DNA of 64,000 bases. It comes from Alphaproteobacteria bacterium (GTDB taxonomy: Bacteria > Pseudomonadota > Alphaproteobacteria > MPNO01 > UBA830). The stretch is from contig OZ219790.1 in NCBI GenBank assembly GCA_964291215.2, positions 1,728,001 through 1,792,000 on the forward strand. The letters run 5' to 3'. The first letter of the stretch is position 1; every line of letters starts with the position of its first letter. Of the stretch, positions 21,403-32,656 are shown in pieces. The notes under the pieces were generated by a model. It was not told the origin of the DNA, did not search any database, and saw only the letters and a list, made by a program, of their open reading frames with translations. Position numbers and translations under genes: made by a program.

Positions 21403-21806
21403 GCAGGCTCCGAAGAACCCTTGTTCGCCGCCTTCAACGGTAGTATGGCCGGATCTGACTTCTCGTTCATCATCGGTTTGCGGATTAGTTCCTTTCCTCT
21501 GCGGCCCCTCCACGACAGAGGGGCAATTGAAAGACCTCCCAAGTCCCTGCTTCGGCGCGTGCCATGGTTCTCGGACCCCGCGGAGCCCCTGCTCGCCTCA
21601 CCAAAACGGCTCGCAGGGTGTTGCCTTCGGCCAAACGGACGACCTCGGCACTCCGGTTTCATAGCATCTCGTGGCTCAATAGCCCGGCCCACGCCTGCCG
21701 CTCCCCAACGCTTCGCCTGACGCCTCACGACGCATGGTTCACGGAGAAAGTGGTGGTTAGCCTCTCTTCCTGCCGGGACTTGCACCCGACAACATTCCAC
21801 CAGTTA

Positions 21807-24226
21807 GGACTATCGCCAAAATAAATTGATCGTTATGTCCGTGGCGTGAGGGTGTAGTTCCACTCGCCGTGGAACGAGTCTCTGCGGATGGCGAGGCCGT
21901 CCATCTCATCGTTGCTGACCTTGACCCCGAGCGGATAGCTGTTCTCGTTGAGGTCCGAGCGTATGGTGAGGCCGGCGTCGGTGGTGGTCGCGGCGACCAG
22001 CTTGACGATCACCTGGTAGCTGACGAGGGGCCGGCCGCGCCAGTTCCGGGTGATGTGGCAGAACATCCGGTGCTCGATCTTGTTCCACTTTCCGGGCGGG
22101 AAGTGGGCCACCGACACCTTCAACCCGAGTTCGTCGGCGAGGTGCTGCAGTTCCAGCTTCCACAGCCGGTTGCCGCTGCTGTTGGAGCCGTCGGCGGCTT
22201 GGCATCGGGATAGAGCAGTTGGCCCATCTGCCGCCACCAGCGGCCTCGACCGCGAACGCCGCCGTGTCGTGCCCAACGCTGACCCAGCCGGCGTTGGCGG
22301 TGAGATCGTAGACCCCGTAGGGGATCGCCTTGCCGAGCTCTGGATCGGGGAAGTCATACACGTTGACGACTTCAGGGTCGCCCTTGAGGCCCGGCCGCCA
22401 TTGCGGTACTGGATTTCCTTCTTCCTGATGTCACTACGGGCTGGCTCAGTCTCCGGAACGCGCGCACCCGGCGCGTCGGAACTGCGCATCCCGGTCCGGA
22501 TGCTGGCGGCCTTCCAGCGTCTTGCGATTGGCCTGGAGGCTGTACCCCAGATCGTGGAGCAGCCGGTTCACCGTGCGCTCGCTGACGCGGTGGCCCTCGA
22601 CCGCAAGACGGTCCGCCAGCCGTGCGGCACTGTGACACCGCAGCGAACTCTCCGGATCGCCGCGCGTCATCGGTTCAAGCTCGCGCTCCAGCGCCGCCAC
22701 CAAACCCGGATCCACATCCGTCACCCGCTTGCGCCCGCCGCCGGGGCGACGCAAACGTCCTGAAGGAATCTCATTCGAAGACTCCGAATCAAGCTCCTTC
22801 AGCCCGGCGCGAACGGTGCCGCGTGACATCCCCGTCGCCTCAGCCACTCGCGCAATGCCTCCGCGCCCGATGGCACGGGCCTCCGTCGCCGCCCACAGGC
22901 GCCGCGCACGTTCGTTCAGAACCGGACGCAACATCACAAATTTGGATCGCAGCGTATCGACTATCACTTCCATGACATCATTAATAGCAGATCCACATCA
23001 AAAAACAATCCCCCCGTTCCATAGTGAAGTGCAACACATGATGGGCTGTGGCCATGTGTTTTTAGACGCATGATGTTGCGGAGCGGTAGCGGCGAGAGTC
23101 CCTGTACAAGATGGAGGGAGCTTGTTCATGTCCAAAGGCTACCGTCACCTACGAAGAGCGATGCCAGATTGAGGCGTTACAGAAAAGCGGTCTTTCACAA
23201 GGTGCGATTGCTCGGCAGCTGGGCCGATCAACAATTTTCCGGGAGATCAAGCGCAACACCGGGGGACGGGGTTGCCGTCACAAGCAGGCGCAAAGGATGG
23301 CAGAAGCGCGCCGCAGGGCCGCCTCGTCTGTTTCCTGGCGGTTGACGCCTTGGGTTGAAGCTCAGAAAAAGCTGCGGGAGGGCCCCTAGCAGCGGCCGTT
23401 TTCGACTGGAGGGCCGTGGGTCGGCAACGGATCTATGATCGCCGAAGATCGGAGAGCCGGGGGCGTCTTGAAGCTTCGGCGGCGCGGCAAGAAGCCGAAC
23501 TGGAAGGGCGGATGCCATTCCGGCCGGGTGGACATTTCCGAGCGCCCTGCGGAGGCAAAGGAACGGATCGGCGACTGGGAGCCATCATCGGCAAAGCTCA
23601 CAGTGGAGCTGTCGTGTCGCTCGTGCCACGAAATACGCCTTGCCGGGTGGACAGAAAGACACGGTCGGTTCGGTCATGATCCGCCTGCTCGGCTCTGGTG
23701 CGCTATTGGTCCACACAATCACGTCAGACAACGGAGTTCGCAGACCACAGGCGTGTCGCACTTGACGCAGATTTCTTCTTCGCCTTTCCATTCCTGGGAG
23801 CGCGGCTTGAATGAGCACACCAACGGCCTGGTGCGGGAGTACTTCCCGAAGGGCACGGACTTTCGCGCGACATGCAACGAAGATGTTCAGAAGGTGCGGC
23901 TCAACACTCGGAAAGTCCTGGGATCGCCGACGGAGGTAATCTTGAAGTGAAACCGCCCTGACCATCTGCGCCATGTTCCAAAGCCGCAACGTGCAGCAGG
24001 GTCCATGCCGCGCGACGGCGGAATAGTGGCTTGAAGCCGACAAAGGCGTTGCATAAGCTCGATGTTGAAGGAACTGAAGCTGTTCCCAGGCGGAATCGAG
24101 AGGGGCAGAGGGGAAAAATTTGCGCAACACCCGGCCCTCATCTCCGTTCGGGCTACGCCCTCACTGCGATGAGGGCCGGGTGTTGCACTTCAGACTGGAA
24201 GTGGGGATCTATTTTGGCGAGAATCC
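21807..24226 (-). mobile_element. ISAzo13-family element (eroded transposase 21833-22973) with nested IS30
   Basis: IR ggactatcgccaaaata / tattttggcgagaatcc; TTA duplication; LNERARRLWAATEA, HPDRDAQF, KWNKIEHRMF, FHGEWNY. Confidence 0.9.
23011..24206 (+). mobile_element. IS30-family element copy 1 (eroded)
   Basis: IR cccccgttccatagtgaagtgcaacac / gtgttgcacttcagactggaagtgggg; 3-bp TSD atc; IARQLGRSTIFREIKRN, SWERGLNEHTNGLVREYFPKG. Confidence 0.92.
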
Positions 24227-24240
24227 TTAGCCTGGCGCAC

Positions 24241-24440
24241 TCGCTTTCGCTACGGCCCTCCGGTTTGTTCACCGCCCTAGCTGACCGAGAACCGGCTGGG
24301 CACTGCGTCCCAACCACAGCGGCTTCTACTTCCCAGCTCGCTGGCCCAGGGTCGCCCCTGAGCCAGTGGGATATACTACGGTGCCAAACTGACAATTGCG
24401 GGACTTACACCCGCAGGTACAGCAGCTGGACTCGCTGCAC
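24241..24440 (-). mobile_element. Group II intron 2, first about 200 nt (host of intron 1)
   Basis: Minus strand starts GTGCAGCGAG...CCTGCGGGTGTAAGTCCCGCA, an intron domain I-like start. Confidence 0.62.
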
Positions 24441-24843
24441 GGAACCGAGAAACTCTGGCAGGGATACCAACTCCTCCTCTACTTCGTCGAAAATTACCAA
24501 AAATGCGGAAACTCGATATGCAGAAATCAACGAACTCGATAGTGTCAGATTGAAAGCGCAGGAGCCCGGATCACATGTCGGCAGAAAAACCGGAACCGGA
24601 CCGAAACGACAACAGGGAAGAAACACGATCCTGAAAACAGGACTTTCCCACGCTGTGACTGATGTTTTGGATGACCGCTGAACGGGGCACAAATTTCCGC
24701 ATTCTTGCTAGTATTTTGACATTATTGTATTGATGCATATAGTGACTTCAGTTTCGTCCGGGCATCCTTCCTCGTGAAACGCCGGTCGACGGTGACATCG
24801 GCCGCATTACGCCGTTCCACCCATGCTGCCGTCTCCCGCCGCA

Positions 24844-25962
24844 CAAGGTGATCCCATGCTTGTTGATGTGATGTGATCGGAGTCCTGATCGCGGCGCGGG
24901 GCGCGATTGGTCGGCGTATCCGGGGCGAGCGAGAGGCCTTGGTTGCCGGGCTCGAAAGCTTGCGGTTTCTGTCGGGGAGAGAGGCGCGGTCAGCCTGGTC
25001 TTGTGATTGCGTGCAGGACTTGCTTGCGCTTGTCGGCATAGTGGTGTCGACGAAGCTGTTGAAGGATTTGCGCAGCTTGTTGCGGATGATGACGGCGATT
25101 GCGAGGTTGATCGCGTTGTTTGCGGGCGCGTTCGGAGCATGGAGTCGTCTTCGCGGAAGGTGGCGTCGCGGACATGATGATGGCTCTCAACCACCCGGTG
25201 CCCGCGATTCCATGCGAGCAACTGTTGCGGCGAGGCGCGCTCGACCGAGTGCTGATAAATCGAGCGCAACTCCTGCGCCGACCAGCGGCGCCCGCAACTC
25301 CCACGCCGCAGGAAGCGGCGAACGATCCCGCGTCACGACGCAGCGGAAACACGTAAGGATCCTTCGCCTCCCCGGTCGGCGCCCGCTGGCGCGCGCATAG
25401 CTCCTGCCAACGCACTCCCAGTTCGCCGCCTTGTACATGGTGCCGCTGAACTTCGTCGGCAAGACAAACGACTCCGCAACAAGCAACGGATGGCCGTACG
25501 CAGCCTCCCAGTCGCCACCGAGACGCCGCGCCATCCGCGACAACGCAAACGAGGCCCGGAAACACCCGGCGACCACCAGGAACAACAAACCTCGTGTTGT
25601 TCCCGGCAACCGCCTGAACTGTTCCTCGCGGTGCCAGCCAATCCAACGGGTGCGCAGCTGAGGGCGCCCGTCTGCCAGCCCGCAGCACCAATCCACCGCC
25701 CGCGCCAGGTGAACACGCGGATCTCGACCGGCAAACTGCTTGAAACCAAGATACGGTCAACAACACGGTTCCAGCGACATCAGGCCGCGCAAGGCGCACA
25801 ACCACATCCCGGAGCTCAAAACCCTCCGGAGTCGTCTCAAAAAAATCCGCTGCCCCCACGACAACGGATACTACGCCGCTTCACAAAAAGCCAGCGAAAA
25901 TGCGAATCATCCTGAACAAGCGAAACCGACCCTTCCAACAAACCTAGCGTGGGATCGCCGTG
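24844..25962 (-). mobile_element. ISAs1-DUF4338 element copy 2 with a large internal deletion
   Basis: Both IRs present; 9-bp TSD cccgccgca at 24835-24843 and 25963-25971. Confidence 0.9.
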
Positions 25963-26481
25963 CCCGCCGCATGGTGTCACGGTCGGGAATGCGTCGCCGA
26001 AGGCATTGCCGCGACAGCACGCCAATCTCGATCTCGGCCATGTTGAGCTTGCTTCCGTGCTTCTGCGTGTAGCGAAACTCGAACCGCTTTCGCACCCGCC
26101 TCCTCGGGCTCGAAGGCTTCATACAGCGACTGGGCGTGTTCAGATTGTCCGGCACGATCTTCCTGTCGGGGAAATGGTCGTCGGCAAGCTCCCGGATGAA
26201 GTGCGCCCGGTCCCGCGGCGGTCGGTGACTTTCACCGTGCGCCAGTTCTCGTTGGGCGCAAAGGCCAGGAAGAGGTTGGCCGTGCCGTTTCGTTCATAGT
26301 CGACCACCTCCGGCTGACCGGGGGATGCGGGTTTCCTGCTGCCGGCTGGTCTCGCACACCAGCACCTCGTCCCCGGCAAAGTCCCGCTGATAAATGTCAA
26401 GCATGTCCGCCGCCACGAACTGTGCGCTCCGGTGCGGTGGAATGCACCAGTACTGCTTCAGCCACCGCTTGATCTCTTTTT

Positions 26482-29400
26482 GTATCTACTCACCCCTTGT
26501 TGGGTTCTGATTGGCCATAGTGCTCGTTGATGATGTCTGCGGCTTTTCCGTCGAGGGCGATCTGGGTGGCGACGAGTGGGTTGTAGCCGAGTGCGACCAT
26601 GGAGGTGAGGTAGCTTGAGCTCCGGCACCATGCTTTTGCGTGGAGCGGAAGCATCCGGACACCTTGACCTTTGCCATCCTGATCTTCTGTTCTCCGGCAT
26701 TGTTGGTGAAGCTGACGTTGGGGTCGTCTGTGAAGCGCAGGTTTTCGTGTTTCACGAGACGTTCGTGCAGGTTGTGCGCGTTTGCTATGCGTCCACGGTT
26801 TCCTTTCGGCGGCGGCGGGATATCGGGCAGTTCCCTGGCGCCCTGATGGTGCGGTAGCGCTTGCGCCCGGCGTCGTTCAGGGTTTTGGATGCGCTCTTGT
26901 TGACCTTGTGGCAGACCTCGCGGAGCAGGCTCTTCATCAGTCGCGCGGTAGCCTCGACGACAAAGGTCAGTTCGCGCAGCAGGTGGCTACCGCACAGCTG
27001 GTGGCTACACTGGCCCATGTACGAGGCCCAGCAGTCGTGGACCCACGGCGATCCCACGCTAGGTTTGTTGGAAGGGTCGGTTTCGCTTGTTCAGGATGAT
27101 TCGCATTTTCGCTGGCTTTTTGTGAAGCGGCGTAGTATCCGTTGTCGTGGGGGCAGCGGATTTTTTTGAGACGACTCTGGAGGGTTTTGCGCTCCGGGAT
27201 GTGGTTGTGCGCCTTGCGCGGCCTGATGTCGCTGGAACCGTGTTGTTGACCGTATCTTGGTTTCAAGCAGTTTGCCGGTCGAGGTCTGCGCTACGTGTTC
27301 ACCTGGCGCGGGCGGTGGATTGGTGCTGCGGGCTGGCAGACGGACGCCCTCAGCTGCGCACCCGTTGGATTGGCTGGCGCCGCGAGGAACAGTTCAGGCG
27401 GTTGCCGGGAACAACACGAGGTTTGTTGTTCTTGGTGGTCGTTTCCGGGCCTTGCCTCGTTTGCGTTGTCGCGGATGGTGCGGCGGCGACTGGGAGGCTG
27501 CGTACGGCCATCCGTTACTTGTTCCGGAGTCGTTTGTCTCGCCGACGAAGTTCAACGGCACCATGTACAAGGCAGCGAACTGGGAGTGCGTTGGCAGGAG
27601 CTATGCGCGCGCCAGCGGGCGCTATACCGACCGGCACGGGGAGGATCATTACGAGACAGTCTCGCTGATCGAGCACGGGACCGGTATGCCGGTTTCGATC
27701 CTCAACTATAACGACGAGGGCGGGGAGATCGCTGCCGTCCACGCCGCGACGGCGCCGGTTGCCGGCCGTCTGCTCAACCTCGACACGCTCCACACCACCC
27801 GCGCGGCTGATCATCGAGACCCATCGCGCGGACTGATGGTCAAGGGCAACGCACCTTCGAGAGCATCAACTGGAAGACCGCCAGCGCTACAACGAAAAGC
27901 CCGCGCATGGCCGCCAGCGCACCATCTTCACCCCGCTGGCGAAGATGATCAACTAGCAGATCTTCCGCGTCACCCGGCGCGTCGAATTCAAGAAATCCGG
28001 AAAACGGACAACCGAATACGCCATGACCTCGGCCGAACGCGCCTCGCCGCAACAGCTGCTCGCATGGAATCGCGAACACTGGGTAGTCGAGAGCCACCAT
28101 CATGTCCGCGATGCCACCTTCCGCGAAGACGACTCCATGCTCCGAACGCGCCCGCAAACAACGCGATCACCCTCGCAATCATCATCCGCAACAAACGCAA
28201 GCTGCCCAAACCCTTCAACAGCTTCGTCGGCGCCCGCCACCACCATGGCGACAAGCGCAAGCAGGTCCTGCACGCAATCACAAGACCAGGCTGACCGCGC
28301 CTCTCTCCCCGACAGAAACTGCAAGCTTTCGAGCCCGGCAACCAAGGCCTCTCGCTCGCCCCGGATATGCCGACCAATCGCGCCCCGCGCCGCAACAGCG
28401 CGTCAGCAAATCTCAAAATCGCAGCCTCGAACGCGTCGACCCGCGCCGCGATCAGGACTCCGATCACATCAACAAGCATGGGATCACCTTGGTCGTGGAC
28501 CAGAACGCCCTTGTAACACGGGATGATGCCGATCTCTTGCCCGCGCTTGCGGTGCGGGAACTTGCACGTCAGGGTCCCACGACATGGAGCCACTTACTGT
28601 TGATCCGAAATCGTCGACATCGGGCGTTGCAGGAGGTGCGCCACGGCGGCCTCCTCCCATGACGCATCGTGAAAGCATAGCCGAGGCCTCGGAGAGCTTG
28701 ATGCCGGAGATCGCCTGCACAAACGCGACGGCACGGCGCAGGGACAGCATCTGGGCGACCAGCAGGTTGATGACAAGGGCCTGAATGCCGATGCCGTACT
28801 GCACGGGATGTTGTCGGGGAACCGGCCCCGGGCCTTGCACTTCGGACATTCCTTGATCTCGGCGCGGCGCTCGACGATCTCGAACACGATGTCGTGCGGC
28901 GCTCCCGATCGACGGGGCCGTCGATGTCGGCGCCGCAGGCGTCGCAGGCCGCGACCGTTTCCTCGACGATGGTCTTGCGCAGGTTGTCGCCCATCTGCCG
29001 GTTCGGCTTCGGGCCCTTGCCGTTGCTTCCGGCACGCTCTCGTCCTTGTCCGTCTGTGACGGCGGCAGACCGGAGTTCCGGCTCGTGCGTAGTCTTCTCC
29101 AGAAGGACGACGATGAGGATGTCGAGCAGGATGACGAAGACGCGGATCACGGCCTCTTCCGCCACCTCGCCGGCAGCGCGACGATCTTGGCCGCTTCGAA
29201 CTCCTCGCGCGCCGCGTTGACCGTCGCCATCACCCGGCCTTGCGCTTCATCGGCGCGCCGCCTCCGAGATGCGTTTCCACATACAGATCATGCGGAGGCT
29301 GGAGCCCCGGAAGCAGCTGGCACAGCCCGCTCGTCGCCTTCGATCCAAAGTAGCCCACTGGCGGTCCTCGTCGTTCTCAATGACCACCACTAAGCGAATC

Positions 29401-29482
29401 GGCCTGCAATGTCAAATCTCCACGAAACCCCGTTCGTTACTCTACCCCGACATCAAGCCGGAACCAGGGGGTGAGCAGTTAC
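26482..29482 (-). mobile_element. IS66-family element copy 2 with nested ISAs1
   Basis: Same ends as copy 1; 8-bp TSD ctcttttt at 26474-26481 and 29483-29490. Confidence 0.92.
27044..28491 (+). mobile_element. ISAs1-DUF4338 element copy 3 (eroded)
   Basis: Both IRs; 10-bp TSD gtcgtggacc at 27034-27043 and 28492-28501. Confidence 0.92.
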
Positions 29483-30201
29483 CTCTTTTTTTAGAGTCTT
29501 CCTGACCGTCTCTTCCGAAATGCGCTCGACGATCTCCACCAGACGGCCGGCGAGCAGCGTCCACAGCCCTCGGGCGGGGACGAGACCAGCTTCGCCTCCA
29601 TCGCCCCGTCGAGCCGTTTCGGCCGACGGTTCACCTGCTCCTTGCGGCTGAGGACAGCCTCCGGACCCCGCAGCGCTTGCGCAAGCGTTCGACCGTCGCC
29701 GTGCCCAACGCAATGTCGGCATCGACAAGCGCCTCTCAGCATCAGGACCTGTGCCCGGTGCCGTCGACGATCGCCTTCAGATCCCGGCGCTCCTGCGCTG
29801 AAAGGGTCACCCGATAGAGCTTCCTGCCCTGAGAGTTGGCCACGCTCCTGTCATTGCGCCGAAGACATGCGGGCATGCCCGTTGTCCGGAACTGCGCATG
29901 GGGCTGCGGCTGCCTGCCTGTTCGGCATCTTGCCCGTGTGGATATCGGCACTGTCCGAATTCCAACGGATGCCGACACAGGAATACCACCCACCAAAAAC
30001 TATCAATACAATGTCGGTGGCCTACTAGGTTTTCCGGCTGTGGCGACCCGTGGACGGCCCCGCGACCAGAAAAGCCGACAGGGTTGGGCTTGGGCAAGCT
30101 CCCTCCATCAGCAGTCGGCAAGATCGAATGCAGCGTGGAAAAGTCCTGTCCTGAAAAGCGCGGCGAATCGCTGAAATCCTGCCGTTTTATGCAACCGACA
30201 A

Positions 30202-30618
30202 CACGAGCGTCGCACCGTCGGCAACCTGCAGATGTCCGAACTGCCCGCGGCGCAGACGCGCGTCTCCGAAGCCGGTGCCGAGATCGATGCAGCCGAAGCC
30301 CTGCTCCTCAAGGACTGTGCGGACACAATGGCGATCGCGGAAGCCGGGGATGTGCCTGATATCGGAACTCGTGCGCGCTGGCGGCGAAACAATGCCTTTG
30401 CGGTGCAGCTCTGCGTGCGCGCGGTCGAGCGTCTTGCGCCGCTGGTCGGCGCGCGGGGCCTGACCCGCGAGAATCCGTTTCTGCGGATGTACAGCGACAT
30501 CCGCGCGGCCTCGCTGCAGATCACCGTCGCCTGGGACATCCAGTCGATAAACGCGGGCCGTATCCGTTTTGGGTTGCCGTCGCTCGATCCGCGGGTCTCA
30601 AACCGGTGGGTGCGCTAA
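30202..30618 (+). pseudogene. 3' fragment of the HsaA-like flavin monooxygenase
   Basis: AQTRVSEAGAEIDAA...AVERL...GARGL...NPFLRMYSDIRAA acyl-CoA-dehydrogenase C-terminal domain; same strand as 13139-13490. Confidence 0.8.
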
Positions 30619-31700
30619 TGCTGGAGGCAATTCCGGAAAGCATGCGCATTGCTGCGCATGAGTTCGAAATAGAGATTCTCTCCGTCTTCCAGAGCAGCGC
30701 CTAGGGGGTCGACCTTGCCGGTCCTGGTGTCGGTGCCGGCGATGAGGGCGGTGACCATGCGGGATTCGAATTGCGGCTCGACGAATATGCAGGCGACATC
30801 GTCCGCCACAAGCCTCTTGCGGAGTCTCACCAGCCGGGCAGTTCCCGGCGCGTCTTCGGGACTTGCCGTGATCGAGCCTAGTGCGCGAAGCCCGTAATGC
30901 TTGTCGAAATATTGCCACGCGTCGTGAAAGACGATGAAGCCAGCGTCAGTGACCGGCGCCAAGATCTGGTGGATCTCGGCATCGAGGCCCCGTAAGCGGT
31001 TCATGATCCGGTGTCCGTTGGCGCGATAGACGGCAGCACGGGACGGATCGACCTTGGAAAGCCCAGCCACCATGGCCCTGACCATGACACTGGCATTCTT
31101 GGGATGAAGCCACACATGCATGTCAAATTTCCCATGCGCATGTTCATGTCCGTCCTCGCGATGCTTGTGCGCTTCCCCGCGGTGCTCGTGAGCATCCTCA
31201 CGATGCGCATGGGCGTCGCCCTCCTTCCCGTGCCGCTCTTTTTCTTCCCGGTGGGCATCCTCCCGGCCGTGTTCCTTCCCTTCTGCCCGATGAGATTCCT
31301 CTCCGTGGTGCTCCGCCGCCTCTTCCCAGATGGCGCCCGTGCGCGTACGTTCCAGCATGATGCCTTCGGCTCGGGACAGTTCCACCTTGTAGGCGTTGCC
31401 GGCGAGCGAATGGAGTGGACGCGATAAAAATGCTTCTAGCCCTTCGCCGATCCATACGACGATGTCGGCCTGCTCCAGGAGGCGCGCGTCCGATGGCTTG
31501 AGTGCGAAGGTATGGGGCGATGCGCCACCTCGCACAAGGAGTTTCGGAGCGCCGACGCCTTTCATGACGCCCGACAACAGCGAATGGACCGGCTTGATGC
31601 TCGCCACCGCCACGGGCACGCCATTCGACGCCAGCGCCACAGGACTTGCCAGAAGCGACAGGGCGGCAAGGATCGGAATCAGTCGGTCTCGGATCTTCAT
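30615..31700 (-). CDS. znuA: Zinc ABC transporter substrate-binding protein with a long His-rich loop
   Basis: VASIKPVHSL, GASPH, His/Glu loop, DMHVWL, VFHDAWQYF, FVEPQF. Confidence 0.93.
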   Translation of the reverse strand: MKIRDRLIPILAALSLLASPVALASNGVPVAVASIKPVHSLLSGVMKGVGAPKLLVRGGASPHTFALKPSDARLLEQADIVVWIGEGLEAFLSRPLHSLAGNAYKVELSRAEGIMLERTRTGAIWEEAAEHHGEESHRAEGKEHGREDAHREEKERHGKEGDAHAHREDAHEHRGEAHKHREDGHEHAHGKFDMHVWLHPKNASVMVRAMVAGLSKVDPSRAAVYRANGHRIMNRLRGLDAEIHQILAPVTDAGFIVFHDAWQYFDKHYGLRALGSITASPEDAPGTARLVRLRKRLVADDVACIFVEPQFESRMVTALIAGTDTRTGKVDPLGAALEDGENLYFELMRSNAHAFRNCLQH

Positions 31701-31723
31701 GGATAGGGTCCTCGGATTGCGGG

Positions 31724-31746
31724 TAGAAAAACATTATAACATAAAG
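31724..31746. promoter_or_regulatory. Putative Zur box between divergent znuA and znuC
   Basis: AT-rich aacattataacata resembling the TATAACAT Zur half-site, in the expected position. Confidence 0.5.
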
Positions 31747-31846
31747 AAATGTCGCGAGGAACCGGTCGGCATGTCCGGACCGCGTGATCCGTACGAAGCC
31801 AGTCGATGCTGGCGGGACATGAACAGCGCCGGGAACGCCGGAAATC

Positions 31847-32656
31847 ATGAGTGAGATACCTCGTATAACGCCGACAGGACAGGCGCCCCTCGTCGCCGCT
31901 TCAGGGCTTGGCATCCGGCGCGGGCGCCGCTGGATCATCGACAGTGTGGATGTCGCCATTGCCCCTGGCGAAATCGTCGCTCTCATCGGGCCTAACGGCG
32001 CCGGCAAGACCACTCTGGTCCGTGCGCTGCTGGGCCTCGTGCAGCCCGATTCGGGAACGGTGACGCGGCGCAATGACCTTGCTGTCGGCTATGTGCCGCA
32101 GCGTGTGCATTTCGATCCCACCCTGCCGCTGACCGTCGGACGCCTGATGACGTCGGTTATCCGCTACCCGCGCGACCGGGTGCTCGCGGCGCTTGCCGAA
32201 ACGGGGATGGAAAGCCATCTCTCCTCATCTGTGTCGGATCTTTCTGGCGGAGAACTCCAACGTGTGCTCATGGCGCGGGCGTTGTTGTGCAACCCCAACC
32301 TTCTCATCCTCGACGAGCCGCTGCAGGGCGTGGATCATTTCGGCGAGACGGAACTGTATGAGCTGATCGCGAAAGTCGCCGCCGACCATGGTTGCGGGAT
32401 CCTGATGGTGAGCCACGACCTGCACATGGTCATGGCCGCGACGGACCGTGTGCTCTGCGTCAACGGCCACGTCTGCTGCACCGGCAAGCCGTCAGAGGTT
32501 GCCGGACATCCGGAGTTCCAGCGGCTGTTCGGCTCCGCCCTGGCCGGGCGGGACTTCTATCTTCACGCCCACGACCACAGGCACGAACCTTCGGGCAAGG
32601 CACGCTCCCTCGTTTCGGTTCCGGTGCGCGACGGGAAGGGTGCTGACCGTGCTTGA
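31847..32656 (+). CDS. znuC: Zinc ABC transporter ATP-binding protein
   Basis: GPNGAGKTT, LSGGELQR, LDEP, VSHDLH, HVCC, His-rich tail. Confidence 0.93.
   Translation: MSEIPRITPTGQAPLVAASGLGIRRGRRWIIDSVDVAIAPGEIVALIGPNGAGKTTLVRALLGLVQPDSGTVTRRNDLAVGYVPQRVHFDPTLPLTVGRLMTSVIRYPRDRVLAALAETGMESHLSSSVSDLSGGELQRVLMARALLCNPNLLILDEPLQGVDHFGETELYELIAKVAADHGCGILMVSHDLHMVMAATDRVLCVNGHVCCTGKPSEVAGHPEFQRLFGSALAGRDFYLHAHDHRHEPSGKARSLVSVPVRDGKGADRA

Larger units (their letters stand above)
21403..24240 (-). mobile_element. Group II intron 1, 5' remnant (domain I to the start of the RT ORF), interrupted by ISAzo13
   Basis: Removing ISAzo13 restores GTGCGCCAGGCTAACTGGTGGAATGTTGTCGGGTGCAAGTCCCGG; the ORF start M-NEKSDPAILPLKAANKG resembles intron RT N-termini; truncated by the ISAs1 end. 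Confidence 0.8.
24711..30025 (-). mobile_element. IS630-family element copy A with nested ISAs1 and IS66
   Basis: TA duplication in CTAG; DYERNGTANLF, DNLNT, KHGS-LNMAEIE, FTRKDARTKLKSLY; colinear with 40533-41735. Confidence 0.9.
24638..30148. mobile_element. About 195-bp MITE (24638-24710 plus 30028-30148) interrupted by IS630
   Basis: 18-bp IR caggactttcccacgctg / cagcgtggaaaagtcctg; 9-bp TSD tcctgaaaa at 24629-24637 and 30149-30157. Confidence 0.85.
24441..30200 (+). mobile_element. 3' remnant of an IS4-family element (24441-24637 plus 30158-30200), host of the nested stack
   Basis: GTEKLWQGYQLL resembles the IS50/IS4 transposase C-terminal motif; contiguous across the TSD tcctgaaaa. 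Confidence 0.5.

Noticed and set aside
16043-29165. Many 100-350 aa ORFs in the IS stack as novel proteins
   Set aside because: They are mosaics of transposase frames created by deletions
13505-30200. Repeated sequences as a possible CRISPR array or DGR template/variable pair
   Set aside because: The repeats are dispersed IS copies with IRs and TSDs; no regular repeat-spacer period, no cas genes, no intact RT, and differences are mostly indels, not adenine-specific
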